From NCBI RefSeq assembly GCF_009914755.1, contig NC_060932.1: a stretch of DNA of 64,000 nucleotides; one strand, written 5' to 3'. Source of the DNA: the human T2T-CHM13v2.0 reference genome, Homo sapiens. Under the pieces are notes generated by a model. It was not told where the DNA came from and did not search any database. It saw only the letters and a list, made by a program, of their open reading frames with translations. A program made the translations under genes and the position numbers. Positions 49,460 through 63,643 of this stretch are shown here, piece after piece; positions within the stretch are counted from its first letter, which is position 1, and the number at the start of each line of letters is the position of its first letter.

Positions 49460-50590
49460 TACTCATTCATGCATGCAATACTAACCTGCATGCCTACTAT
49501 CTGCTAAGCAGTATTTGAAGAGCTAGAGATACAGCAAGGAACAAAATAAAGCCTCTCCTCTTATAGATCTTACATAGTGGGGAGAGTGGGAGCAACCAGT
49601 GAACAAACTGGAAAATGTGTATATAAAATAGATGAGGTGATAAAAAGTGCTTTAAAAAATAGAAGAGATTAGAGAATGAAGTAGGTACTATTTGAAGTCA
49701 AATGGTCACAAAATACTCCTCTTATGACAGGGTAATAAGCAAAGGCCTGGATAAAAGAGGAAATAAACCATACTGTTGTCTGATTTAAAAAAAAAAAAAA
49801 GCACTCCAGGAAAAGAGCACCACATATGCAAAGGCCCTGGGATAGAAGCACACACGCCTGGCGTCTTTGAAGATTGCAGTAAGCAAGGGGAGAATGACCG
49901 AACTGCAGATCAGAGAAGTGTTAGGGGACAAGTTTGAGATCTTGTTTGCCATGACAGGATATTGGCTTTTACTTTGATCTGCAAAATCATTGGAAGGTTT
50001 TAAGCAGACAAAAAACATTAATTGTCTTATGCTTTTAAGGCTTACCCTGGTTGCTCAGTGAAGAATAAAGTACAGGGAACATGAGAGAATACATGGGAGA
50101 TCAATCAAGATGCTACTTCAGTAATCCATGACAATGACAACGTAAAGTAATGCAAGGTGCACGTGATGGGTATGGTAAGGAGATTAGATTCTGAATAGAG
50201 CTCAACAGTGTATGCTGATATGAGGTGTAAGAAACAAAAAGGAGTCAGGGTGAGTTTTCTGGCCTAGTAGCTGGTACACTAGAGAGATTATTTACTGAGA
50301 TGGGGAAGACCGATGAGTGGAGGGTCCAGGGGTTAAGAGTGGAGGATCAAGGATTTCCTTGTGGAAGTGTGCTGTTTTCATTGTATATTAATCTTCCTAG
50401 TGGCAATAATTAGCAGGCAATTATATAGGAGTCTAGACTTCAGAGGAAATGTAAGAGCTGGAGATATACATTTATGTATCATGTGCATATAGATGGAATT
50501 TAATACCATCAGGCTTTGTGAGATCCCATAGGGATGAGTGCACATAGAAAAAGGGCTGAAGACTGAGGCCTGGGATACTCCCATGTTAAA
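49460..50590 (-). mobile_element. L2 LINE fragment
   Basis: CATTCATGCATGCAA...TGCCTACTAT...CTAGAGATACAGCA, TGCAAAGGCCCTGGG, GGAAGGTTTTAAGCAG and GAGCTGGAGATATACATTT are typical antisense L2 3' motifs. Confidence 0.7.
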
Positions 50591-52390
50591 AGATGAATGT
50601 TTCTTTGACAGTTCGCATTTATAGAAATGATGGCACAATAGCCTAATGCTGAAACCCTACTCAGTTCATGGTAAAACACAATTTTTATTTTTTTGGGTCG
50701 CTGAATAGCATTTAAAATTCAGAATATTTGCAGTGATCCCAAATATCTTAATAAAGATGAAAACCTAAGTTCAGATTGGTGGCCTAGACTCTGCCTTCCT
50801 TGATCCTCCCATTTAAAAATAACAATAATGATAAAAATAAGAAGAAAATATTTATGGGTCACTAGATAATGTAATACACTCAAAGGCAGATCCATTTTTT
50901 TCTACTGTACCATTTTAGCTATCAGTCTATACACAGTACTTTGATTAGAAATGCACAGTCACTCTCAAGTCAATAGCAGTTTATAAATACAGGACAAAAA
51001 GCCTGGCCTGGGCAGGCTGAGCAATAATTGAGAGAACAAGTAGATATGAAGCTAACAAATAGCACTGTGAATCAGAAGTAGGGAGATAAGCCAGAGGCAG
51101 CACAAGTGGCAGGTCAAGACAGGTAGATAGACAGAAGCCAGGAGTGAGAGGTGAGATGTCCAAATTGCAATAAAATACTCAAGCACGAGTCAATCCACTG
51201 AAGCTTACACCAGGAGGGGTAGCTGAGGGAAGGGCCGTTCAGGTAAAGTGAAAGGAATGAAGATGTGAACAGGAGACAGGAGGGTGCAAGCTATTTGATA
51301 TATTAGGAGAGGAGGTACTTTTTTGAGGCTAAGAAAATAACTTGTAGTCAGAATTTGAAGGACTATTTAGACCATGTTAAACAGCGAGCAGTTGATTCTA
51401 CATGAGAATTCTTAAGAGAAGATTTAAGAAGACTTAAGAGACTTCAGAAGACAGGCTCCGCAGGACCTGGATGAGGGGGTGTGAGATACTCACAGTATTT
51501 TAACCCAAAATTAAGGATATTAGAAGCTACAGGAATAAAAGAAACAGTCCCAGGGCTGTGGGTAGGAGGATTAATGGGGTTCCATTTTAGACAGGAAGAG
51601 GAAAAAAATTTGGTAATTCATTTTGATTGAGCAAGCAAAAAAAATTGAAGCTGAGCATTATGGAAGTAACAACAATGTTTTGTGATGTTGAGATAGAAAA
51701 CAGGCCCAAGAGAGCCAAATATTTTACATTTCCCTTCTGGTTAGATAAATAATAAGAATCTTCCTGTTAAGGTTTATGAAATCCCATTGTTTCAATTAAT
51801 CAAAAGGAGAGAGGATCAATTTAAACTTTATAAAGTACAAGAAAATCAGTTGTCTCTTTAGAAAAAGTGAGTCAGTATTTCCTGTGGTCTCAAATCATCC
51901 TAAAATAATGGTCTATGAGACAAATGAGAATCCGCTTACTTATCTAGCTTTGTCTTTGATAGATTAAAAGTCTGTACAAAATCTTGCTATATCACAAAGA
52001 CACTAATGTGCCCAACTGTATATAAAATATATAATTCACAGTATATAAAAATATACATCAAGAAATTTTAAAAAACATTGTATTCTAAAGGGAAAGATCA
52101 TTTCAAATTGTTTTTTATAAACATTAGACTACCTTTGTTCATGCAAATGTGTTTAAACTATTTCTTACCCCTGATAATAGGTATAAGCCTAGGAATTATT
52201 TTTGATTATGATTTGGTCTGTAAATAAATCATGAAGGTAGACCATCCTCCCTGGAAGCATTGAGGTACCATAAAACTTTGACATTGGAGGTGACAGATTG
52301 TAATATGGTTTAATCATGTATTTGTTATGAGAACTCTGACAAGCCTGAGTTACAAGTAAGCTTGGAAACACAAATTCTGTGAAAAATACT

Positions 52391-52421
52391 ACACACTCAC
52401 ACACACACAGACAGACACACA
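52391..52421. repeat. Imperfect (CA)n microsatellite
   Basis: ACACACTCACACACACACAGACAGACACACA. Confidence 0.85.
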
Positions 52422-53089
52422 CTATCACTTCTCTCTTTTTATCTTGACATAGAAAATGTAAGTATACCAAGAAGTAATCTCCAAAGAGCAAATAAAACAG
52501 AAATTTCAAACAAGTGCCTGGGTAGGAGATGCAATTTTAACATTTGTTTAAATTTAACGTTGTTTAACATTGTTTAAGTGCCTCTCATCTCTGCCTCATA
52601 AACCTATAGTCATTTTTCATAACTGCCTGAAATAGCACCTCCTCTGTAACAACTTTCCTGTTCTACCCATCAAATATACTTGCTGGTTGACTGTATCCTC
52701 TTGCTCAGAACACATGACACTTTCTACAGGGTGCTGTCTATGCTTTGACAGTAACAGGACTTTTGGGCAGGGATTTTCCAATTCATTGTCTAACTCCCAC
52801 TACAATTGTCCTTCACCATGCACCCGGCAGGCACTTGAAGTGCTGGTTGAGCACTAAAATCTTGGAATGCTACATAGCCATTCCAACGTAAATAATCATT
52901 GTTTAAAACATTTTGAAAGTTCTTTTGGAACTGACTTTTTAGAATTTTTAAATATCTCAGTGATAAGTCTTCACTCTTCAAGTTAGATCGTATTTTATTT
53001 TAGAAACATCAAAAGCCATACAAAACCAAGCCTGTATATTTGTGCATTCTGTCTTCTTCCCCCTCAATGCTAAGGAAGGTTTCTTTTTC

Positions 53090-53150
53090 CTAGGCCAAAT
53101 GCTCCACAAATAAATGTGTTGAATGAATGAACAAATGAATAAGCGAAGTG
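53090..53150 (+). mobile_element. L2 3' tail fragment
   Basis: TGCTCCACAAATAAATGTGTTGAATGAATGAACAAATGAATAA. Confidence 0.55.
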
Positions 53151-53789
53151 AATGGAACATCAAACTGCATAAAAATATATTTATTCATAAATGAGAGGTG
53201 ATGATTGCCAACATATCATAATCAGACTCTGACCTTGGTTACTTATGAGTTTGACAACGAAGAGGAAAGAGGATCAGGTAAGTCCCTAAACACCGAAGAT
53301 GTACTGAGACCTTTCCACATGCCCAAAGAAGATACTCTTGCAGAGGAGAAATGATGAAGAGGCCCAGTCACAGATGCAGGAGGAAGTTTAATTGACTGAA
53401 TTTGTCTAGGATGGGAGGGATTAAATGAGGTTTGAAATGAAATAGAAATTGCTAAACTCCTGACTAGACAATTACTGCCATCCATCTCTTACATGTGCCC
53501 CTAAATAAGCACTAACAGTGCCTTGGGCAGAGACCCCAGTGACTACCTAATAGTAGCCTTCAAGAGCATCACTTCCCACTCTCCTGCCCTGCCTCACTTT
53601 CCTCCTAGGTCTTATGGGATGGATGATAGATGTCATTCCCTGGTTCCCTAACGCTCAAGTCTAGCCCCTCATTTCCTGGCAAGCATCAAGCTTGATTGTG
53701 TCTGTAACCTCTCAGAAGTCAGACCTCAGAAGTGTGCTTTTCTGGGAAATCGGGGTCAGGGAGGAAAGAAGGAGGGAATAAAGACATTG

Positions 53790-53960
53790 TAATAGATTTA
53801 TATATATCATTGTAACTCATCCACACAACAATCCTGTAAGGTGTGGCCACTGTACTCAGAAAACTGAGGCTCAAAGAGATTGAGTAACTTACCAAAACTT
53901 CACATGTACTAAAAGTGGAGCCTAGATTTCAAACACCTGTAAGACTCTGAAATCTATATT
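53790..53960 (-). mobile_element. MIR SINE
   Basis: CACAACAATCCTGTAAGGT...GAAAACTGAGGCTCAAAGAGATTGAGTAACTTACCAAA (MIR core). Confidence 0.75.
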
Positions 53961-54906
53961 AGCTCTTCTATACATGAGCCTAAAATGCAACTGTAAACCA
54001 ATAAGACTGACTTCCTCTTGAGGCTTATCACTAGCTCTGAATAGAAGCATTCCCAAATGCTGTCTAAGCAATTGTTGCGTCATGGGAATAAGTTGATAAA
54101 TTCTCAGGGTTACATACTCCTTTAGATGCACTGGAACTTTTCTCAGTATGTAGAATCAAGTGTAAGGAAAAAGGATTTGAAGGGGAAGGGGAGAAATAAA
54201 ACAGGACTGAGCCTTACACGTGTTGACCAGAACAGATAATGTTTGGATTTTCTTTACTTTTTTCCCAGAGAAATCGAATAAAGAAGTTTGTTTCTGTTAC
54301 CTAAAATCAACTCCCTCCCACCTTAAGTGGTTTTGTATAGAGCCCATAGTTGAACTCTGTTTTCTACAGCAGAGATTCATTTTAATGTTTTTATATTATA
54401 TCAAGGCAAGTTTGATTTCTTTCTGGGTAACTATAGGCAGAATGTCAGCAATACTCCACGTATTAGCTATTAGAGATAAAACACTGTGAAACTCTAAAGG
54501 CCTTGATTATTGGGCCAATGAGATATTTATGCTGTGATCTGATGGAGCAAAGCTTTGACAGGGTTATTGAGCCACCTTCAAAGTGTATCAGTGAAGTTCT
54601 TGGCTTGCTATTTTAGATAAACAGCTTTCATTTTTACTAGTTGCTTGTACTTAATAAGGTTACTGGATTGATTCAAGTTGTTTGCAATGCGTTGAAGGTG
54701 AAGAGTATTGTATCTAGTGTCCTCATAACACACTATTACTTTTCTGAGGAAGGGTCTTGTCATTTTACCCTAGATATCAACAGAAAATATTCCATTTCTT
54801 ATATATTAATTTTGCTCTGCAATAAGGAAATATAACTACCAAAAATGCCATCGAAGGTTTTAGGTTGATGCTTATTTGTGTTTCCTAATCTGTAGATAGC
54901 AGGGTC

Positions 54907-55226
54907 TTTTTTTAAATTTTTATTTTTTGTTTTGGTACAGGGTCGGCTTTGTTGCCCACTTGGAGTGTAGTGGCACAACCTTGGCTCACTGCAACCTTCT
55001 CCTGAAGTACATATTAGCTCACCTGGGCTCAAGTGATCCTCCCACCTCAGTCTTTTGAGTATCTGGGATTATTGGCATGTGCCACCAAGCCTTGCTAATT
55101 TTTGTATTTTTTGTAGACACAGGATTTTGCCACGTTGGCCAGATTTGTCTTGAACTCCTAAGCTCCAGTGATCCACCCACCTTGGCCTCCCAAAGTGCTA
55201 GGATTACACGTGTCACCATCGTGGCC
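54907..55226 (-). mobile_element. Alu (old, AluJ-like)
   Basis: T-rich tail, GGAGTGTAGTGGCACAACCTTGGCTCACTGCAACC, GGGCTCAAGTGATCCTCCCACCTCAG, TAATTTTTGTATTTTTTGTAGA, CCTCCCAAAGTGCTAGGATTACA. Confidence 0.93.
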
Positions 55227-55739
55227 AACCAGCAAGCTCTCTTTTAATGATTCAGAGTCTCAGGCCATAGCAGTATAAGTATCAAAACATCTATTCCCAA
55301 CTTGGAGTTGAGATTTCTAATACGAATTCTATTTTCTCCATAATCATAAAATAGCATCAGGAAAAGTCTCTTGACATCTTAAAATACATATCACTGGAAA
55401 GTAGATCTTTTTGTCCTTCAGATAAACATACTGTAAAATTTGAAATGAAAATTATTCTTTGTACCACCATTCTGATTTTACCCAGGGTTAACACAAAAGT
55501 TATAGCAGTACATGAAGCTCTGAGGCTTCAATGGGTGTAGATATAGACATCCAAACCTATAATTTTACATTAATCAGAATACTATTCATATAAATCACAA
55601 ATGGCAAAACCATTTCTGAAGGTATTTGGTTTTATAGATTATAAAATTAAACTTCCTTATAATTGTGTCCAAACTGAAATATGCTTCCTGTACAAAAAAG
55701 CTTTCTTCTAACAGTAAAGGCCTCCTCCCAACCCACCCG

Positions 55740-55740
<1 letters not shown>

Positions 55741-55789
<49 letters not shown>

Positions 55790-55802
55790 AGAGAGAGAGA
55801 GA
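55741..55802. repeat. Compound (CA)n-(GA)n microsatellite
   Basis: About 23 CA units followed by GAAGAGAGAGAGAGA. Confidence 0.95.
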
Positions 55803-57449
55803 ATTTAGAGCACTGATCTTTTCTCTCTTAGACTAATTATTTTAACATTATTTTCAGCCACTTTATTAATTGTGGGGTTAAGGGTAGGATAGATCTAATG
55901 CCCATTTCACATGTGTTGCAACATCAGAGATTATGGTTTTCATTAAAAACATCAGAGCTAAATTCCTTTTCAAAAAAGACATTGTTACTGTTAGTACCTT
56001 GGGGAATGTTGTAGTCTTATGAATGCTGATACGTTTATTTGAGCCAATTGAATATTATCTCTAATATAAACTATAATTTACTGTGTGATTCCTCTTCCTG
56101 TTTTACCTATATATACTCAAAGTGAATGATTGTGTTTAGTGAACATTTCTTTAGGTAATAAAAATTAATTTCATTTAAGAAAGAAGTACAAAATAGTTAT
56201 TAGAGCAAACTTTGGTATTTGTAATTTTGAAGTTACATACTTTTGAAATAAACTTGGGCTTTCATGCCATGTTGGGTTTGAGGAAGATAGCAAATGTATA
56301 AATTGAGCTCTCTAGTCATAACCTTGCTATATGTATTCCTGCTCATTAAAATACTTTGCGCCAGCAAAAATGATTTCCAACATATGTGTTTTGGATGTAA
56401 TTAAGTAACTGTATAAAACTAAGTATGTTTTTTCTCCTTTCCCCAGTGACTGGAAAACTTTCATACTTTTAAGGTAATAATAAAATAATAATCTTTAAAG
56501 AGCAACAGCCCTTAACTCTTTGCTGGTGCTTGCCATACTGCCCTTCTTTACTCCATTCTTAGCTCTTCTAGCTGCTTCTTGTAATAATGAAATGGGAATG
56601 TGGATGGGTTATGACTTTTGTGTATGTCCCATTTCCAAATTTCCCTCTCCAAAAAGCCAACCAAATAAACAAAAATAACAGTGCAACAAAACACAAACAG
56701 CATTCCAAACGTTTGGCAAGTGATGCTTTCATCTGGGATTAAGTAGTTTTAGGCAGTCAGTAACAAAATGCTGTTCTGCTGTCATAGTAGAAAGGCAGCA
56801 CATTCTTAAAAGGAACCAAGAAGACTACACTCTTGGCAAAGTCTCTTATTAGCTTTCTCCTATCTCTTCTCCCCAACCACACTGTAAACTGCAAAACATA
56901 CAGCAAAAAGAATTGGCTTAAAGGCAATTGATGTTTGTAAATAAATCCACAATAGGATCCAAGCTAAAGAGGTGATACATGGTCAGCCTAGTAGGACAAT
57001 TCAGAGCATGTGCATATGCAAGTAAAGGCCAGACTATATATTTTTTAAACGTCAGTGCATTTTGTTGTGTTAAAATTTTTTCAAAGCTTTATTTTGTTCC
57101 TTGTGTGCTAACTACAAATAAGTTTTAAAAGAGTATCAAAAGTCTGCCAAAAACAAAAAAGCTGTAGTGACATCGAACCATACGATGTAAGCATTGAACA
57201 TGTGCAATTTTTCATATCTACAGAAGAAAATCATCCCTCTTTACAACATGGTTGGGCTGATTTTTAAGAAATAAAAGATAATACATCAGAAAAGCAAATA
57301 TTTGGCATCTACATATTCAATATCTAGAACCATGCAGAGTAGAAGATTTAAAGAAATATGAAGAACAAAACAGTTATTTTGTTTTAGGAGTTTACAATCT
57401 GTAGTCAGAAACTAATATAAAAATTTTGAGTATAGAAAGAGCAAAAGCA

Positions 57450-57600
57450 CGTCAGGTGCAGTGGCTCTCAGCTGAAATCCTAGCATTTTGGAAGGCCAAA
57501 GTGAGAGGATTGCTTGAGCTCAGGAGTTCAAGACCAGCCTGGGCAACATAGTGAGACCTTGTCTCTATGAAAAAACTTTTAAAAATTATTTTAAAAAGAA
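57450..57600 (+). mobile_element. FLAM-like Alu monomer with target-site duplication
   Basis: CAGGTGCAGTGGCTC...GAGGATTGCTTGAGCTCAGGAGTTCAAGACCAGCCTGGGCAACATAGTGAGACC then an A-rich tail; AGCAAAAGCA on both sides. Confidence 0.88.
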
Positions 57601-57789
57601 AGCAAAAGCAAATATGAGAGAAAACATTAGAAATCAGAGCTTGGGCAAAGAGTTCAGTGTCAGCAAAGCAGCTCTGCCTTGGGGTATCTCTGGAACATCC
57701 TGGCTTTCTCTATAGGCCCCACCACATGGCCTTTTCCCATCACTTGGAAGCCACCATATCATGTCAGGTTTTCCCTCAAACTTTTTAAC

Positions 57790-58620
57790 CTAATTTATTC
57801 TGTCAAAAAATATATATCTATTGAATCTTTACTGTGAGCTGGGCACTGTCCTATGTAATGATAATATAGCAAGGATATAAAACAAAAATGCTTACCGTCA
57901 TACAGATTACATTCATGTGAGGCAGGACACACTATTAACAAAATAACTATATAAAATACATAATATTCCAAAAGGTGATAACGGTACAGAGAAAAATTAA
58001 GCATGGAAGGGGGATACACAACACTGGAAGTGGGTAGAAGTAAAGACATATCAAATGCTCAAGGAAGGTGTAGTAGGCAGAATAATAGCTTTCCTACGTC
58101 TGTATCTTTATATGGCGAAGAGACTTGTGGGTGTGATTAAGTTATGGATCATGAGATGAGAAGATTATTCCGGATTAGCCAGGTGAACTCAGTGTAATCA
58201 CGAGAGTGATTATAAGCAAAAGAAGGAGGCAAGAAAGTCAGAGGCAAGAGATGTGGTGACAGAGGTCAGAATAATGTAGTTGCTGACTGGAAGGAAGCCA
58301 TGAGCCATGGGATGTGTGCATTCTCTCAACGCTGGTGAAGGCAAGAAAATGAATTCTCCCCTAGAGGATTATAGGGGAGAAGCGTGTTCCTTTTAGCAAC
58401 TAAATGTATGCTAATTTATTCCAGTAGTCAGGAAACTAATATAGAAAGTCTTTCTGAGAAGACAACATTTGAACAAAGACTCCAAGGAGGTAAGTGCACC
58501 AGCTTTGCAGATACCTGGGGAAGAGCACTCCAGGAAGAAAAGGCAGACAGCAGGGTACACGCCCTGATCAGGAGCATGTCTAGCCCAGTGGCATGAAGTA
58601 GAGCAAGACTGGGAGTCAGA
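57790..58620 (-). mobile_element. L2 fragment interrupted by an MLT1 LTR
   Basis: TATCTATTGAATCTTTACTGTGAGCTGGGCACTGTCCTA... and resumes after the MLT1 with TCTGAGAAGACAACATTTGAACAAAGAC. Confidence 0.6.
58069..58443 (+). mobile_element. MLT1 (MaLR) LTR
   Basis: TGTAGTAGGCAGAATAATAGC start, GTGATTAAGTTATGGATCATGAGATGAGAAGATTATTCCGGATTA, GGCAAGAAAATGAATTCTCCCCTAGAG, GGAAACTAATA end. Confidence 0.85.
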
Positions 58621-60687
58621 AGGGTAGGAGGAGACAGGTGAGAGAGAGATTTAGTTGAGTCAACTCACTTACAGCTTCATTATCTTTAAGAACGTTGGCT
58701 TAGTCTGAATGACACATGGAGTATAGAAGAGTCTGTGAATATTTATAGATATTCTGAATGTTTGCAAGATAAATAAAAGTGGTGCACTGGTAAACCTGGT
58801 TGGGGGAAGGAAAAAAAAGCCCAGATTTGTAGCATTTGCTGATTTCCATTGTGTGAATATTTCAACCGATGGTTTGACAAACATGTCACAAAATTTCTGA
58901 GTATTTAATTTTCACCTCCATTAGAGCACTGCACATATGACATTCCATTTGTCAATTCCATCCTGTATTCCATTTGGGCCAAGAAGTATCGGAGTCAACT
59001 AGTGACAAAAATAAGAAAGTCCTCAATAAAAACCAGTGTCTACATTTGACTGATGTAAGGATCTGAAATTCATTTTTCTTTATCTGCTTTGCCTGGTGAT
59101 TAAATTATGATTTTAGAAGAAACATTTTTAATTCCTTATCAGAGTGTTACTACTGAATAAATACAAGACATAGTTTAACTATATGTAATCTTGTCTATAT
59201 ATATTTTCAACAGAAACATTATAGATGCCAGATTCACAAAAGAAGATATATGATAGAAGCTGGAATTGTTTGAATAAAAAGAGTCAAATTTTACATTGGA
59301 TTAACCAGAGGGAAGAAAGTAGATGGATAGGAAAGGAGAAGGCAGGCTTAGCCAAGCCAAAGAAAGAGACTAGACTCAGGAGGCACTGGGAGAAAAAGGA
59401 ACTCTGTCAAAGAAGAGTACCATTATAGTTTGAAGAGAGCTGAGAGGCTGTTAAGTCCCCCATGTCGTTCCTAATCCAAAAACACCCGATCCTAAACACT
59501 ATAATCCTGAATGTTGAAATCCTGAAACATCAAAATCCCTAAGTCTAAAATCCTTATCTAACATCCAGAAGATCACTATCACAGGACAGTTGCACCATGG
59601 TATTGCATCATGTTAAATGTAATTATTTCCTTGTTTACTCTTTATTCGGAAATTAAGCATGGCTAAGAAGGTATGTAGAGGTGCCAAGTCAACAAGGGGT
59701 GGACCCATGGACTTAATTTTAGGTGTCAACTTGGCTGGGTTAAGGAATGTCTGGAAACTTGGTAAAGCATTATTTTGGGTATGCCTCGAGGGTGTTCTCA
59801 GAAAAGATTAATGTGTAGGTCTGAGTGGACTAGGTGGGAAAGATCTGTCAATGTCTGGAATATAGAAAAAGTGAAAATGAAGGTAAAAAATGCACAGAAT
59901 CTTTCCTGCCGAATTATTATTGATGTACAACTTCTGACACTTGCCTTCACAAAATGCCCTTTGTCAGAGAATAAAAAGAGTTCAACAAGCTTGGCGGCCT
60001 TCTGAACCAGGTACTTGCTGGCACAGAGGTTCCTTCAGGGCTACAAGACACATTAAGTCATGAACTATTCTTGATTAAAGATTTGACTGTGAAAGAAGAT
60101 AGACATATTTATTTACCACTAAATCTAACATTAAAAAAAATGCATGTTTTACTTTGGCTAATGAATGTCACTTTCAAAACCATCCCTAGTGTTTCTTTGT
60201 TTGTTTTTACCAACTTTATACAATTTATGCGTCTATCAGATTCCAAAATTCTATAATGTAATATACTGTTTATGTATTACTGGCTGGAAAAAGTGAGGCA
60301 TTTTATAAATGTTTATTTGAAGATTTGGTGGACTTTGCAGAAGAAAATAGATTTCAATTGCATCCCCAAGTTAAAATGACAGGTTTGGAACTAGGTGTGA
60401 CAAAGGCTTCTGAAAGTGAATTGCAAGGTGTTACCAGTAAAGTTTGCTTTTCCATTTAGTCCAATTCATTTGGTGGAAAATTCAGGTGAGTTTAGTGGCC
60501 AAGCCCATATGGCAGTGATGAAAATTTTAGTTTAAAAATGCATCGTTTATCCATAGTGGCATTTCTTCTACCCGATAAAATTCCAGGAGCTTTTAACAAA
60601 TTAAACCACATTTTCCTAAAGAAGCCAGCAAGGTTACTTACTGGTTTAAAAATAATTATGTGCAAGGTAAGATAAGAAGTCATTTAG

Positions 60688-60987
<300 letters not shown>

Positions 60988-61192
60988 TCATTTAGGCAAT
61001 GGTGTTGCTGTCCAATCAACAGTATTGTTTCTGCCAAATTTGTGGCCTGTAGATTAGTGCATGCAAAGTAGATACTCAAAACAATATAGAAGCATGGCGT
61101 AGAAGATTGAAAAACATAATAGGAAGTGTTCATCTCAGTGTATATTGAATTACAGAAGAATTTCAGAGTGAGCAGTGCGACATAGAAAATGA

Positions 61193-61232
61193 ATGTGAAC
61201 ATATTCTCTGAGATGTGAACATATTCTCTGAG
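61193..61232. repeat. Perfect 20-bp tandem duplication
   Basis: ATGTGAACATATTCTCTGAG twice in direct succession. Confidence 0.95.
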
Positions 61233-63124
61233 GAAAGTCATGTCCTTAAAGGCAGCTATTTATTGTGATGCAAGACTTCAAAATACAGTTAATAATCATA
61301 AAAGTCAACTAGCTATTATGAACTCTGCGTAGTTGCCCATAATCTATCCCTGTAATGTATTTTTATATGTCAGTTTTCTTTTTAGTTTTATTTTTAAGTT
61401 TTTTTCCACTATTTTAAATTGTCAGCATTATTTATTTACAACTCACTATGCTGTGTATTTCTTCTTAGCATCATTTCCAGTACTGAAGGTATAAACTGTG
61501 TAAAGAGTTTTAGAGAGTTCTAATTTGCTTTATGCATTTTTTTTGCAACTTTGACTCCACAAAAGTGCATTATCACATTGACTTTATGTGTAAGCGTTGT
61601 TTGTAAACCTAAAAATATTAAAACTTTCTCAATAGATGAGATATTCTTTTTGCATATCTGCATTTGTGAAAGAGAAAATTTCTGAGAATCTCTTTGACTT
61701 TGACTGCATATTCGGTGATGATCTGTGACAGCTTTTGATCAATCTGGTCTAAAGACCTAGGTAGTCTGTCACAGTATTTCAGATGACCTGTTATAACACT
61801 GGATGCACACAACTACTAACCATGCATTTATGCATTTTGCTTATTGACCTATTTTTTATATGATTCATCTGCTCATAAATGTTATACCCATGTGACTCTG
61901 ATTAATATACCTGTTTATGCTTGCAAACATATGTATGATGTTGTTGCCTATTTTATTTTGTAAGGTGACCTAGGAAGTATTCTGTTGTGTTTTTTATGTT
62001 TCTCAAATAAATCCCCTCCTAAAAATGTCAATAAATGCCTTTTAAATCATTTTTTCCAGATTTATAGTTTTAGAATTTTGGGGTTTGGGGGATTGTAATT
62101 TTAGGATTTTAGACTGTAGAGATGTATATCTTTTTGGAGTTCAACATTTGGGATAATGGCATTCAGGATTGTGTCTTTCTGGATTATGGCCCAGACCTGT
62201 TTATTTCAACACTCTATTTTACACAAGAGGAAAGCAAACCATGTATCCAGTTGCAATGAAAGCTTACATAGACATCATGTATAGATTATATCCTAGGAAA
62301 ACATGATTAAGATGACACATAGTGACTTTTCTTTTTCAGTGAAAGAGATCCACATCCTTTTTCTTGTGTGGAACTAAACATGATTTCTGAGTTAATGTAG
62401 TTTAATGCAAATCACCATGATCACTTAACCCATGCTTCTTTATTAAAGGAGGTAGAAGGGATGTGATTTGATGGGAGGATGGCCCGGGATCCAGGACCTG
62501 GGAAAGATGCAATGAGTAAAGGGGAGCAACAGAAAAGTAGGGAATAAAGTAAGCGTGAAGAGTCATCAACTTCCCTCACTGCTCCTGGCCTCTGGCATTG
62601 GAAGCCCAGAGGTCTTTTCTAGGGCCTCAGAGAAGCTTCCAGGTCTGTTCATTTCTTTTTCCCCACCCCTGCTTGTATCACAAATAAATTACTGACACCT
62701 AAATTTCTGACTAGGTGGTAGAATTTTAGGGATCCTTCACCTCATCAGAATTCCATGTAAGTTGTGGGAGTCATATGGGTTAAGTAAGCAATAGTCCTTG
62801 AGATTATTTGATCATATAAATCATCAGAAAATGTTTAGTCATCTTGATTTTATCATAATGTGTAGCTAGGGGAGGCTGGAGGGAGAGGACTGGAGTGAGA
62901 AGAGACAGCAAAAGAGGTGGCTTTTATGCATGGGGCTCTATGAAGTAATCAGGCCTAAGTGGAACCGAGAGGGACCTTGGAGCAGTTCTGGAGAGGAAAG
63001 CTTGGGGCACAAGTCGTCTGTTGATGGTGAGGCTTAGGCCCTGGCTCCAACCAATCACATCATCTTTCTGACTGGGATGCCTAAGCAGTGTGTTTTTTGT
63101 TTGTTTTAGTGTTTGTTTTTTGGT

Positions 63125-63235
63125 AAAGCATACAGTGGCATTAACTAAATTCACAGTGTTGTGCACTCATCACCACCATCCATTTCCAGAACTTTTCCAT
63201 CATGCCAAACAGAAACTCTGTGCCCATGAAACAGC
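63125..63235 (-). mobile_element. Old L1 (L1MB-like) 3' UTR fragment
   Basis: CAGTGGCATTAACTAAATTCACAGTGTTGTGCACTCATCACCACCATCCATTTCCAGAACTTTTCCATCATGCCAAACAGAAACTCTGTGCCCAT. Confidence 0.8.
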
Positions 63236-63274
63236 TGTTATTTGCATTAGAATCTGTTCTAAATATTTTGTGTA

Positions 63275-63460
63275 AGTTCTCACTTAGGCATCACAATGAT
63301 GTCCTGTGAGATAGCTACTATATTTATCTCCACTTTATCGATGAGAAAATTGAGGCACAGGAAGCCTATGTAACTTTGCTTGTAAGTGAAAGGCCTTAAA
63401 GTAGAATTCAAGCCCAAGTTGAACTGAACCCAAAGGCCAAGCTTTTTTCTATTCAAACAG
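63275..63460 (-). mobile_element. MIR SINE
   Basis: CCTGTGAGATAGCTACTAT...CCACTTTATCGATGAGAAAATTGAGGCACAG...GTAACTTTGC...AGAATTCAAGCCCAAG. Confidence 0.7.
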
Positions 63461-63643
63461 GCCACTCTTTTATTATTGTAGTGAGTAATAAGAGCTAAAA
63501 AATATTATGTTTTTTTCAGGAGAAAATTATTTGTTTTGAAGGTAGAGGAAGAGCATGCTATTTAATGTTTACTATTACATGAATTACTCTATGTTTTGAG
63601 ATGGTGTACTGAAACTTTCTAAAAATTTATCTCAATCTCATAG

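Noticed and set aside
53276-53284. Consensus splice donor CAG/GTAAGT in unique flank sequence
   Set aside because: No matching acceptor or recognisable coding exon could be tied to it; such 9-mers occur by chance.
55850-57400. AT-rich repeat-poor stretch that could be a conserved 3' UTR or intron of another gene
   Set aside because: I could not recognise a gene or ORF; a conservation or BLAST search would be needed.
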